From: an uncultured Gammaproteobacteria bacterium
GTDB lineage: Bacteria; Pseudomonadota; Gammaproteobacteria; Arenicellales; UBA868
Reading direction: 5' to 3'
Assembly (NCBI GenBank): GCA_905612355.1
Contig: CAJQRU010000111.1
Coordinates: 1,690 to 65,689, forward strand
DNA length: 64,000 nt
The position numbers and the translations under genes are program-made. Within the stretch, counting starts at the first letter, position 1, and every line of letters begins with the position of its first letter. Shown here piece after piece: positions 50,044 to 58,182 of this stretch. The notes beneath the pieces are model-generated. The model had not been told where the DNA came from. It saw nothing but the letters and a program-made list of their open reading frames with translations, and ran no database searches.

Positions 50044-52170
50044 ATGTCCTCGATTGACAATACGGTAAAGCGACGCGTCCTTGTCGTCGATGATGAACGG
50101 GCCTACCTGACGATTGTGTCGATGACACTGTCGGAAGAGGGCTATGACATCAATGTGGCCAAGAACGGCGAAACTGCGCTGAAGATCTGCCGCTCTGACA
50201 ATCCCCCCGACGTCGTATTGTTGGATATCAACATGCCCGAGATGGATGGTTACGAGGTCTGCAGTGCACTTAAGGCAGATGCCGCAACGCGCGATATCCC
50301 GGTGATCTTTCTGACGGCGCGTAACGAAGAAGGTGATGAGGAGCGTGGCATTGAACTCGGTGCGGTCGATTACCTGGTCAAACCATTTTCCGTACCGTTG
50401 CTGAAGGCACGGGTGGCAACACACAGTCAGCACCCGCAGGCGGTTGCGGCGAGTGCGATCAGCGGTCCACTAAGCATTGGCGATACATTGCTTCAGGCTG
50501 GACTGATTAGTCGGGCCGATCTCGATCGCGCGCTGACTGAGCAGCAGGAAAACCCGGGCCTGCGCCTCGCCGATATCCTGGTCGAGAAACGAATCGTCAA
50601 CGAAGACGACATGACGCGCATTATTGCGGAACGTTTCGGTTTCGAATTTGTTGATCTCACAAAGACCGAACCAGATCCGGCAGCCTTTTCGGAACTCCCT
50701 GCACGCTTGGTGAGAGAATTTAACGCGTTGCCGATTGCCACCGACGAGGACACGGTAACGGTTGCGATGGCCGATCCTTTATCCGGTGATGCCCTTGAGG
50801 CCATCCGCTTTGCTAGTAAGAAACGGGTCATCACGGTGGCGGTTTCGCCGAGTCGAGTGGGGCGCATCATTGCCGACGGCGGCGCAGCACATGAGTCCGA
50901 TACCGAATTCGATGCTTTCGTTGCCGGTCTCATGCGCGACCGGGAGACGGACGTTGATGAAATGGAGGTTGACCCCGAATTACAGGGTGCAATGCGATTG
51001 GTTAACCGCATCATCCTGGATGCCATCAAACAGAACGCCTCCGATATTCATTTTGAGTCGGGTGGAGAATCCGAACGCATGATCGTGCGTTTTCGCCGGG
51101 ACGGGACCTTGAGCGACTATCGCTCGATTCCCCCGGCCTACAAGGACCAGATGCTCGCGCGGCTCAAGATCATGGGCAGCATGGACACTGCCAACCGCCG
51201 TGCCTTCCAGGACGGCAAGGTGCGTTTCAAGGCAGGTAACGAAGATCGCGACCTGAGGTTGGTCAGCCTGCCAACGGCCGATGACAACGAAGACATCGTG
51301 ATGCGCATCCTGGAGCGCGAGAGTGCCTTCCCGCTCAATCTACTCGCACTCAGTGACAAGAACCTGGCACAGTTAACCCCCCTGATTGAACAACCCTATG
51401 GAATGATTCTGGCCGTGGGTCCGACAGGTTCGGGTAAGACCACCACGCTGCACGCGATGATCGGTCATATCAATACCCGTGAGCGCAAGATCTGGACGAT
51501 CGAGGACCCGGTCGAGATCAGGCAGCCGGGGCTGCGCCAATTGCAGGTCGTGCGCGAGGTCGATGTTACCTTTCAGAGCGCGATGCGTTCTTTCCTGAGG
51601 GCGGACCCCGACGTCATCATGGTCGGTGAGATGCGCGATGTGGAGACCGCGTCGATGGCGATTGAAGCATCACTCACAGGCCATCTATTGCTGTCCACGC
51701 TGCACACCAACAGCGCGCCCGAGACCATCATACGACTGATTGACATGGGCATGGAGCCATTCGCCTTCTCTGATGCATTACTGGGTATTCTGGCCCAGCG
51801 TCTGGTCAAGCGTCTATGCGGTAAATGTCGTGAGGACTACGCTGCATCGGATGCGGAGCGCGAAGAGTTTGTCCGTTACCTTGGCGAGGAGCGTTTATCG
51901 AAGTTGACTCGCAGTGAGGGGCTGCGCCTGTCGCGTGCGCCGGGCTGCCAGGACTGCGAATACACCGGTTATGATGGCCGCGTGGCCCTGCACGAGCTGC
52001 TGGTGGTGAACGACGAGATCCGCCAGGCCATCCAGGAGCGTGACTCTTCGGCTGCGGTCAGGACGTTGGCGCAGGCAGCCGGCATGGTAACTTTAATCGA
52101 AGACGGTGCAATCAAATGCCTGGATGGATTAACCGATATCGCGCAGGTAGTATCTGCCTGCGGCACTTGA
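50044..52170 (+). CDS. response-regulator receiver fused to GspE/PilB-family secretion ATPase (REC-MshEN-like N domain-ATPase)
   Basis: 708 aa. REC: VLVVDDERAY...VLLDINMPEMDG...K. N-domain SIGDTLLQAGLISRADLDRALTEQ. Walker A GPTGSGKTTTL, MVGEMRD, LSTLHTN, and the CGKC...CQDC tetracysteine. Confidence 0.9.
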   Translation: MSSIDNTVKRRVLVVDDERAYLTIVSMTLSEEGYDINVAKNGETALKICRSDNPPDVVLLDINMPEMDGYEVCSALKADAATRDIPVIFLTARNEEGDEERGIELGAVDYLVKPFSVPLLKARVATHSQHPQAVAASAISGPLSIGDTLLQAGLISRADLDRALTEQQENPGLRLADILVEKRIVNEDDMTRIIAERFGFEFVDLTKTEPDPAAFSELPARLVREFNALPIATDEDTVTVAMADPLSGDALEAIRFASKKRVITVAVSPSRVGRIIADGGAAHESDTEFDAFVAGLMRDRETDVDEMEVDPELQGAMRLVNRIILDAIKQNASDIHFESGGESERMIVRFRRDGTLSDYRSIPPAYKDQMLARLKIMGSMDTANRRAFQDGKVRFKAGNEDRDLRLVSLPTADDNEDIVMRILERESAFPLNLLALSDKNLAQLTPLIEQPYGMILAVGPTGSGKTTTLHAMIGHINTRERKIWTIEDPVEIRQPGLRQLQVVREVDVTFQSAMRSFLRADPDVIMVGEMRDVETASMAIEASLTGHLLLSTLHTNSAPETIIRLIDMGMEPFAFSDALLGILAQRLVKRLCGKCREDYAASDAEREEFVRYLGEERLSKLTRSEGLRLSRAPGCQDCEYTGYDGRVALHELLVVNDEIRQAIQERDSSAAVRTLAQAAGMVTLIEDGAIKCLDGLTDIAQVVSACGT

Positions 52171-52218
52171 TGCAAGATTTAGAGTCTGCGCATTGAATGA
52201 TGGATAAGCATTAATAAA

Positions 52219-54099
52219 ATGGATAAAGCCGGTCAAAAAGGATTCACGTTGCTTGAGATTATGGTGACGGTAGCGATTGTGGGCATATTGGCGGCGATCG
52301 CGATTCCCCTTTACAACAGTTACGTGACCAAGGCGAGGATTGCTGACAGCTTATCGAATGCTCGGGCGTATGCGGGCAAGGTGACGATAGACAGGGCAGA
52401 GCCTATAGCAGCGCCGTCTGGTTTTGATTATTCGAAGATTGAGTTAGCGGGTTCTCAGGCACAGCCGCGGATTCGGATCAACTTAACAACCGAAATTGAC
52501 AGTACGGTTTTGATGAATCCGGATGAGCGCGCTGGTACATATGTGATCGTGCTAAGTGAAGAGCAGACCGATGCGACGACGCGCTGGGGGTGCACGACCA
52601 ATTTGCCGAAGGCATTAATCCCTGAGGATTGTGCTTATGAATCGGGTGTTAAGGATAGGAAACTGCCGGACGAGTGGGTTAAGGGTGAAGATGCGTGCTG
52701 GAGTAATGCGCGTGCGAACAAGACTGGGAATGGCTGGTCGATAGGAGGTTGTACCGATTGCAACCAGCCCACAGTGCAAAGGAACGTAGCCCAAGGTGGG
52801 TATCGTCCGGGGGCCGCAAATGCCTATGGGCTTGGTTGCGCTGGTCTTTATGGGGGTGATGTGCCTCTCGTGGTTGCCCCGACTCAAGGCCCATCTACCG
52901 AGGATCCTTCGTCGACCGCGAGTGTCGGCGCTCTAACGAGCAGTGGCGGCTCCCCCAAAACAGCAGTAGCGGGCCTCCAACCAGCAGTAGGCGGCCCTCA
53001 AACCAGCAGTAGCGGCCCTCAAACCAGCAGTAGCGGCCCTCAAACCAGCAGTAGCGGTGGTGATAAAGCCGACGAAGCTGAAGCCGACAAAGCAACCCCA
53101 GAAATAACCGACAAAGCTGAAGCCGACAAAGCAACCCCAGAAATAACCGACAAAGCTGAAGCCGACAAAGATGAACCCGCCAGAGTAGCCGAGAAGTGTG
53201 TACCGAGAGGCGCCCCAGTCCCTGAAAGTGGTGGCGGTGGTGGTGATAGCGGTAAAGCCGACAAAGCAGAAAAAAAGGCAACTAAAGCAGAAAAAAAGGC
53301 AGCTAAAGAAGAAAAAAAGGCAGCTAAAGAAGAAAAAAAGCCAGCTAAAGCTGAAGAAGAGCCAGCTAAAGCAGAAGAAGAGGAATGCGAACTGACCAAA
53401 GAAGAAACCGCCGCGAAAAAGGCAGTTAAAGCAGAAAAAAAGGCAGCTAAAGCCGCCGCCAAACAAGCCGAAGAAGAAGCCGAAGAAGCCGAAGCCGCCA
53501 GAGTAGCCGACCTGAGCCCCGAAGAACGGGAAAGAGAAGCGGCATGGAACCTCAAAGTGCAAAACGAAGAGACGGAAGGATCCCTTTGGGCGGACGTACC
53601 AAACCATGCGCGTTGTGGAAAGAAATACTGCAATTTGTACGACTATGGGTTTAGGTCCGGAACACGCGGAGACCTAGAAGGGCCCGACATACTGGCCGTT
53701 ACTGTGTGTTGGAGTGACGCTGTTTCACAGGCCTCGCTCAAGGCCGAAGGAGATGGAGACGGATGGGTGATAGGACCAAACGCCGTACAATCACACCAGC
53801 AATCACGTATGAAGGAATGGGCGGATGACTTCCAACGACAGCAGCGGAAGTTTATGGAGTGCGCAGATGCTAATCCGCAGACCATTATAGTAGGGCGCTC
53901 ACGGTCAGGCATCGCAGAGTATTTGGATCCAGCAAATGCGTCAGCGGCTGGCGGGACGAGCTGCGGTCTTACCATATACTATCAATACGCCGGCATGACC
54001 TCCTCCGAGACCTCACTAGGCACTAGACACTTTAGCGATATTATATGGCGAGAGGGCACCCATTACTGCAACGCGCGTGCAGGGGGAGACGGGACTTAG
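52219..54099 (+). CDS. type IV pilin-like protein with ~480-aa repetitive C-terminal extension
   Basis: Prepilin leader MDKAGQKG|FTLLEIMVTVAIVGILAAIAIPLY. A PilA-like head ends in the disulfide loop WGCTTNLPKALIPEDC. Then come GPQTSSS x3, DKAEADKATPEIT x2, six 21-bp K/E/A heptad repeats and a Cys-containing C-terminal domain. Confidence 0.8.
   Translation: MDKAGQKGFTLLEIMVTVAIVGILAAIAIPLYNSYVTKARIADSLSNARAYAGKVTIDRAEPIAAPSGFDYSKIELAGSQAQPRIRINLTTEIDSTVLMNPDERAGTYVIVLSEEQTDATTRWGCTTNLPKALIPEDCAYESGVKDRKLPDEWVKGEDACWSNARANKTGNGWSIGGCTDCNQPTVQRNVAQGGYRPGAANAYGLGCAGLYGGDVPLVVAPTQGPSTEDPSSTASVGALTSSGGSPKTAVAGLQPAVGGPQTSSSGPQTSSSGPQTSSSGGDKADEAEADKATPEITDKAEADKATPEITDKAEADKDEPARVAEKCVPRGAPVPESGGGGGDSGKADKAEKKATKAEKKAAKEEKKAAKEEKKPAKAEEEPAKAEEEECELTKEETAAKKAVKAEKKAAKAAAKQAEEEAEEAEAARVADLSPEEREREAAWNLKVQNEETEGSLWADVPNHARCGKKYCNLYDYGFRSGTRGDLEGPDILAVTVCWSDAVSQASLKAEGDGDGWVIGPNAVQSHQQSRMKEWADDFQRQQRKFMECADANPQTIIVGRSRSGIAEYLDPANASAAGGTSCGLTIYYQYAGMTSSETSLGTRHFSDIIWREGTHYCNARAGGDGT
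52993..53055 (+). repeat. 21-bp in-frame tandem repeat x3 (GPQTSSS)
   Basis: GGCCCTCAAACCAGCAGTAGC appears three times perfectly, preceded by two degenerate units. Confidence 0.9.
53077..53170 (+). repeat. 39-bp in-frame tandem repeat x2.4 (AEADKATPEITDK)
   Basis: GCTGAAGCCGACAAAGCAACCCCAGAAATAACCGACAAA repeated. Confidence 0.9.
53263..53388 (+). repeat. 21-bp in-frame tandem repeat x6 (K-A/E-E-K-K-A-A heptads, with A7 runs)
   Basis: Units of the AAAGCAGAAAAAAAGGCA(A/G)CT type. Confidence 0.85.
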
Positions 54100-54203
54100 G
54101 GCAAGGGCATGACAAGTAGCAACGGGATAGCCCCAGCGATTCTGCCCTGTTCAGAGCGGGAATACATACTCTGCCTGAAGCGCCCTGACTTCTAACCCGC
54201 CCG

Positions 54204-54226
54204 CCATCCGGTCATCAACCGGGTGG
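54204..54226. terminator. hairpin between convergent pilin-like and RT genes
   Basis: CCATCCGG-TCATCAA-CCGGGTGG forms an 8-bp stem including one G-U pair. There is no clear U tract, so function is uncertain. Confidence 0.35.
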
Positions 54227-54234
54227 CAGTGGTG

Positions 54235-55170
54235 TTATGGAATCCCCAATCGCCTGAGGATGTAAATGTAGTAGCGGTTTACGCCTCCCTTGCGAGTGAC
54301 TAACCCACTCAGTCCTCCGTGCAGCCATCGGTGCCAGTGGATCGCGTACTCCCAGAGGCGTTGTTTATCACCCCCTTGCTCATAAAGCCGGCGGGCACGT
54401 GCCACAAAGCGCTGTAGGCTGACAGATGAGGGGCGTAGTCTGCGCTGTGGGTGAATGGTGTATCCCAGAAAATCAAAGCCGTTATCGGTTTTACCGATAA
54501 AGCACTTGGTCTTGCGGTGTAAGCGCAGTTTCAGACCTGTTGTTATCTTGAATATCTGCGCTATGGCCTTTCTAAGATGCCACCGGGTTGTGGCCAGAAT
54601 GACGAAGTCATCCATATAGCGGACATAGACCAACCGTTTGTCCTTGGCCATCTGCTGATCCAGAGGATTGAGATAAAGACCGCCCAGAATCGGTGACAGA
54701 CTGCCCCCTGCCGTCATGCCTTTCCCTAGATGGAGTCTGTCCGGCAGAGCAAGGTAATCGGTAACGACTGTCTTAAGATCACACCCAACATTGGCTTGTC
54801 TTAATGATTCAAGTAATAAGCCATGATGCAGTGACTCATAGTAGGCAACGACATCAAAGCGGGCCACATAAGCATATCGGTCTACCACCCGATGAAGATC
54901 ACGAACAGCACCCTTAACCCCTCCGTGGCCTTTTAAGTGCTTACAACGCTTGCTGAGAGTAGGTCTTAAGTCATGGCGCAGAAGATTAAATGCGGTTCTT
55001 TGGATAACGCGACTCTCAGGGCACCACTTGGCGAACCAGTGCCCGTTGTCACGCCACAGGCCCACCAGACGCAAATGTTTGCCCGCGACTGCGCGCCGGG
55101 CGGCCACAAGTGGACATGACTGTCGCGGCCAATCGGGTAGGATACGTGATCTAACTTCAGGATTCCCCAC
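54235..55170 (-). CDS. reverse transcriptase (RNA-directed DNA polymerase), stand-alone; 5' end uncertain
   Basis: RT motifs: ARFDVVAYYESL (motif A Asp), GGSLSPILGGLYLNPLD, YVRYMDDFVILA (YxDD), LKLRLHRKTK and FDFLGYTI, plus a thumb-like tail RFVARARRLYEQG. The track ORF runs to TTG 55350, but that part is antisense to a well-supported + strand gene. GTG 55170 is the first start that does not overlap that gene. Confidence 0.7.
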   Translation of the reverse strand: MGNPEVRSRILPDWPRQSCPLVAARRAVAGKHLRLVGLWRDNGHWFAKWCPESRVIQRTAFNLLRHDLRPTLSKRCKHLKGHGGVKGAVRDLHRVVDRYAYVARFDVVAYYESLHHGLLLESLRQANVGCDLKTVVTDYLALPDRLHLGKGMTAGGSLSPILGGLYLNPLDQQMAKDKRLVYVRYMDDFVILATTRWHLRKAIAQIFKITTGLKLRLHRKTKCFIGKTDNGFDFLGYTIHPQRRLRPSSVSLQRFVARARRLYEQGGDKQRLWEYAIHWHRWLHGGLSGLVTRKGGVNRYYIYILRRLGIP

Positions 55171-55182
55171 GAGGAGACGAGG

Positions 55183-55464
55183 ATGAAGGTCTACAGAATC
55201 AGCCACTTCACTGTGCTCGATCAAGACAAACTGGCCCAGACACTCGATGACATGCGCGCGAGTTTTGCAGATCGCACTGGCGCAGAATTCATTGATTTTA
55301 TCTGTGATGCCGAGGGCAACGGGATGGCGGTTGCTCGCTATCCAGATCAAGAGGCAATGGATGCCGCGGCGCCGTACTCAAAGCTGGGCTTCGACAGGCT
55401 GATCGAGGCGGGGTCGGTCGAATTTGTCGAGCCTTGGTCCGGCGAGGTCTTGGTGTCGCTTTAA
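55183..55464 (+). CDS. small ABM/ferredoxin-like-fold protein (antibiotic biosynthesis monooxygenase-like)
   Basis: 93 aa. The ATG is preceded by GAGGAGACGAGG (Shine-Dalgarno). The pattern is beta-alpha-beta-beta: VYRISHFTV...AEFIDFICDAEGNGMAVARYPDQEAMDAA. A hairpin follows at 55471-55488. Confidence 0.6.
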   Translation: MKVYRISHFTVLDQDKLAQTLDDMRASFADRTGAEFIDFICDAEGNGMAVARYPDQEAMDAAAPYSKLGFDRLIEAGSVEFVEPWSGEVLVSL

Positions 55465-55506
55465 AGAGACGCTCAGCCTTACCTGAGCAAATCCGTTAGC
55501 CGCCGG

Positions 55507-57891
55507 TCAGCGTTTGCGACCCGCAAAGACACCGCCCGCCTGGTATCGATCGCCGGTGATGCGAAAATGGCCACCCATCTCAGGGGGGCTGTCTCCAGCA
55601 GATGCCCCGTGGCCGAAAAAGTAGCCGCTGGCTCTTAGCGTGTGGGTTTTTTCAGTGTCGTGAGCCCAGGACGCCGAAGTACTCTTCACGTTGAAGGGTG
55701 CAGCATTGCCGGTGGGAGCGCTGACTCCACGAAAGCGCCGCCCGTCAAAGGAAGCATCGAAGGCCTTCACCTGGTAGTGGGTCGTGCCGAAGCGCACGCG
55801 CGCATCGAAACTCCCGCGGCGCTCAACGATCGAACCCGCACGCAGCACCCCGCCCAGCATAGCGCCCGAATAGGTAGCGCTTTTGTCTGCGGCGGCCGCA
55901 AGTTCTGCCGCGGTCGCGGCTGCACCGGCGAGCCAGTAGCGCAAGCCGCTGGTATCTGCAGTACCGCCGGCAAGGGTCTCTCGTCCCCACGCGAGGAAGC
56001 GGCACGCCGTGCACGGCCGGCGAGCCAGCTTGGGCAGGCTGCCGGTTAGTCTGCCGCTAACCGTGGTCTCAATACGGGCGCCGCCATCGACTGACCACGT
56101 CCATAACGCAACAACGCCGGCCGGCAGGCGAGTCTCGCACGTAGACACCTCCGAATCGCATTCTTCGGCTTCAGACTTGGCTTCCTTTTTTGCTGCTTTC
56201 TTTTCTTTCTTTGCTGCTTTCTTTTCTTTCTTTGCTGCTTTCTTTTCTTTCTTTGCTTTTTTTGCTTCCTTTTTTTCTGCTTTAGCTTCTTGTTTTTCTG
56301 CTTTAGCTTCCTTTTTTTCTGCTTTAGCTTCCTTTTTCTCTGCTTTAGCTTCCTTTTTTGCGGCCTTAGTGGGTTTGGTAATGATCAGTGCGGTCGTTGA
56401 ACTTCCCGAGGACCCAACTTCGATCACGCTGTCACAATCTCCGGCTGAACCGCAACGAATCGATGCCTCGCCGGTAATCGGATCGATTGTTACCGAGATC
56501 GGTGCATCAGTGCCGGAATCCCCCTTGGTGCTTGATTGCCCCTCCTGGATAGTGCTACTGATTTGTTTGCGGTTGCTAATGCTGTTGGCTATAACAAGTC
56601 CCGTGCCAGTGCCACTGTCATCAACGGTCGCACGCCCAAGCGCACGAATACGCTTTGTGGCGGCGCGCAACTCCTGCCGTGCGATTTTGTCTTCTTTCCT
56701 TGTTACGCGCAGCTGTTTCTTGGCTGCAGTATTATTGGCGCGGGCAGTCCGTAAGGCGGTTGTCTGCTCCCGGCGGTGCTTGCGGGCCTCTTTCTTTGTT
56801 TGGTTGGCTGCGCTTCGCTCCCGCAGCGCGGTCTTGAGATCCGATCGGTCGGAGCGGCGGACTTGCCGGGCTTGTCGCAGTGCTTCTTTGGCCGCCTTTA
56901 GTGCGGCTTTCCCTTTGGGACCTGGGATGCCTTTTGCTGCATCGACTCGCGCCTTGGCAGCTCTAAGCGTCTCACCCCTGGCTTTTTTATCTGACTTAGC
57001 GCCTTTTTTGTCCTGACCCACTTGTTGTCGCTGCGCTCGTTTTTCTTTCGCTTCTTTCTGCGCAGCTTTTTGATCCTCCCTTGCTTCTTGTACGGCTTCT
57101 TTAGCCGCCGCGACTTCGGCTTTCGCTCCCGCGCGGGCGTCGGCGGTTTGTTGTTTGTTCTCGGTTGCGGCCAGAAGACTGTCTGCGGTGCTCTGGGTCA
57201 CGGGTTTGCGTTCAAAAGCGCCGACCAGTCGCGTGAGATCGATTGAACTTCGATGTTGTGACGGCAACGGAATGGCATTAGCCCCCATCACCGAGATGAA
57301 GCGGCCCGCCTGAGTCGTGCGCTGGGTCTTGCCGCCAGAGGTGACGGTCAACTCATCACCATATAGAAGGTCTGCCGTCAGTGCCCCGTCTTCGCTCAGC
57401 TCAAGCAGTACAATCCCGCCACGGACGCCCACCGTTGCGTTCGGGGCCAGAAACTTGATCGGGGTCTTTTTCGATATCTTTCCACCCACCAGGCGGAAAA
57501 AGCCCTTGGAGATACTGACGGTCATGGCACCGGTGCCCGCCTTGGGGTCATAGATGTATTCGTCAATGACAAGATCAGAGGTCGGGCCCACCGTCAGCGC
57601 AGTGCCATCCTCGAACAACAACTGGGCACGACCGACTTGATTGGTCGAGACTTTCTCTGAGAAGAATACGCCAACGCCGGTCTTGAGTTCTCTTGCCGGT
57701 GAAATAGGCGGTTTGCCGATCGCCTTGAGGTTGGTGGCCGTGGCGACGGCGACCTGAGTTTCAGGCATCGCTGCCTTGGCAGGGGATGCGAGCCCTAGCA
57801 ATAGCATTAGTGTGAACGCGCTTGCCCCACTGAGGACGATCAAGCGACTCGCGCAAGAGAGACATTTGTTGTCCGACGGCTTTGTCAGCAT
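55507..57891 (-). CDS. secreted FecR-domain protein with Lys/Ala/Glu/Arg-rich stalk and TbpB-like C-terminal beta-barrel domain
   Basis: Signal peptide ...LMLLLGLASPAKA. FecR-like region GRAQLLFEDGTALTVGPTSDLVIDEY. About 300 aa of charged coiled coil includes EAKAEKK x4 and KKEKKAA x3. C-terminus ATYSGAMLGG...GSFDARVRFG...GYFFGHGASAGDSPPEMGGHFRI...GGVFAGRKR matches the TbpB/Slam-cargo barrel pattern. Confidence 0.75.
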   Translation of the reverse strand: MLTKPSDNKCLSCASRLIVLSGASAFTLMLLLGLASPAKAAMPETQVAVATATNLKAIGKPPISPARELKTGVGVFFSEKVSTNQVGRAQLLFEDGTALTVGPTSDLVIDEYIYDPKAGTGAMTVSISKGFFRLVGGKISKKTPIKFLAPNATVGVRGGIVLLELSEDGALTADLLYGDELTVTSGGKTQRTTQAGRFISVMGANAIPLPSQHRSSIDLTRLVGAFERKPVTQSTADSLLAATENKQQTADARAGAKAEVAAAKEAVQEAREDQKAAQKEAKEKRAQRQQVGQDKKGAKSDKKARGETLRAAKARVDAAKGIPGPKGKAALKAAKEALRQARQVRRSDRSDLKTALRERSAANQTKKEARKHRREQTTALRTARANNTAAKKQLRVTRKEDKIARQELRAATKRIRALGRATVDDSGTGTGLVIANSISNRKQISSTIQEGQSSTKGDSGTDAPISVTIDPITGEASIRCGSAGDCDSVIEVGSSGSSTTALIITKPTKAAKKEAKAEKKEAKAEKKEAKAEKQEAKAEKKEAKKAKKEKKAAKKEKKAAKKEKKAAKKEAKSEAEECDSEVSTCETRLPAGVVALWTWSVDGGARIETTVSGRLTGSLPKLARRPCTACRFLAWGRETLAGGTADTSGLRYWLAGAAATAAELAAAADKSATYSGAMLGGVLRAGSIVERRGSFDARVRFGTTHYQVKAFDASFDGRRFRGVSAPTGNAAPFNVKSTSASWAHDTEKTHTLRASGYFFGHGASAGDSPPEMGGHFRITGDRYQAGGVFAGRKR
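56191..56362 (-). repeat. two families of 21-bp in-frame tandem repeats (KKEKKAA x3; EAKAEKK x4)
   Basis: The plus strand shows TGCTGCTTTCTTTTCTTTCTT x3, then CTGCTTTAGCTTCCTTTTTTT-type units x4, with T6-T7 runs. Confidence 0.85.
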
Positions 57892-58182
57892 GGAACCAGG
57901 ACCATAGAAGTCGTTGTTAAGCCACCACGGGAAAGCTCGGTAGAGCAAAGTTTACCGCGACGGGCAGTCTTGCGTATTGAAGACGGGTCAGTTTTGGGTC
58001 GCTTCAGCCGATCGAAGCAGCGACCGATGTGATCTTGATCACCGCGCCGACCATTAATCGGTATTTGTTCTCGATTATTGTGACGACGCGCACATTAGTT
58101 TAGAGCGTGTTGATGAAAGATAGCTCCCGTCGTGGACGGTATCGCGGTCAATTCAAGTCACATCACAACGGAGAATTTAGAC

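Noticed and set aside
52895-53633. Three overlapping minus-strand ORFs (128, 224 and 197 aa) across the pilin repeat region
   Set aside because: They are the antisense reading of the tandem K/E/A and GPQTSSS repeats, giving Phe/Gly/Cys/Leu low complexity. This is an artefact of repeat composition.
55171-55350. N-terminal 60 codons of the maximal RT ORF (TTG start at 55350)
   Set aside because: This stretch is exactly antisense to the ABM-like gene, which has an ATG, a strong Shine-Dalgarno and a sensible fold pattern. The antisense translation (IWIASNRHPVALGITDKINEF...) has no RT N-terminal features. I kept it as an open possibility in the findings rather than as the call.
54100-55510. Group II intron or retron around the RT
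   Set aside because: There is no maturase/endonuclease extension. I could not recognise a domain V-like 34-nt hairpin with a GNRA loop downstream. The region where an msr/msd would lie is occupied by a plausible protein gene on the other strand.
54100-56100. Diversity-generating retroelement (RT plus template/variable repeat) targeting the pilin or the FecR-barrel C-terminus
   Set aside because: By eye I found no ~100-bp repeat pair between the RT-adjacent spacers (54100-54234, 55171-55506) and the 3' ends of either flanking gene. No avd-like gene is present, and RT motif 4 ends SP rather than the DGR-type SQ. A computational A-mismatch-tolerant search is still needed to be certain.
56009-57016. 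335-aa plus-strand ORF (and shorter ones at 55642-56049 and 57022-57553) inside the FecR-barrel gene
   Set aside because: It is antisense to a gene with clear domain content. Its translation is low-complexity Phe/Ser/Ala/Leu, the mirror image of the Lys/Glu/Ala repeats. It has no motifs and no start context.
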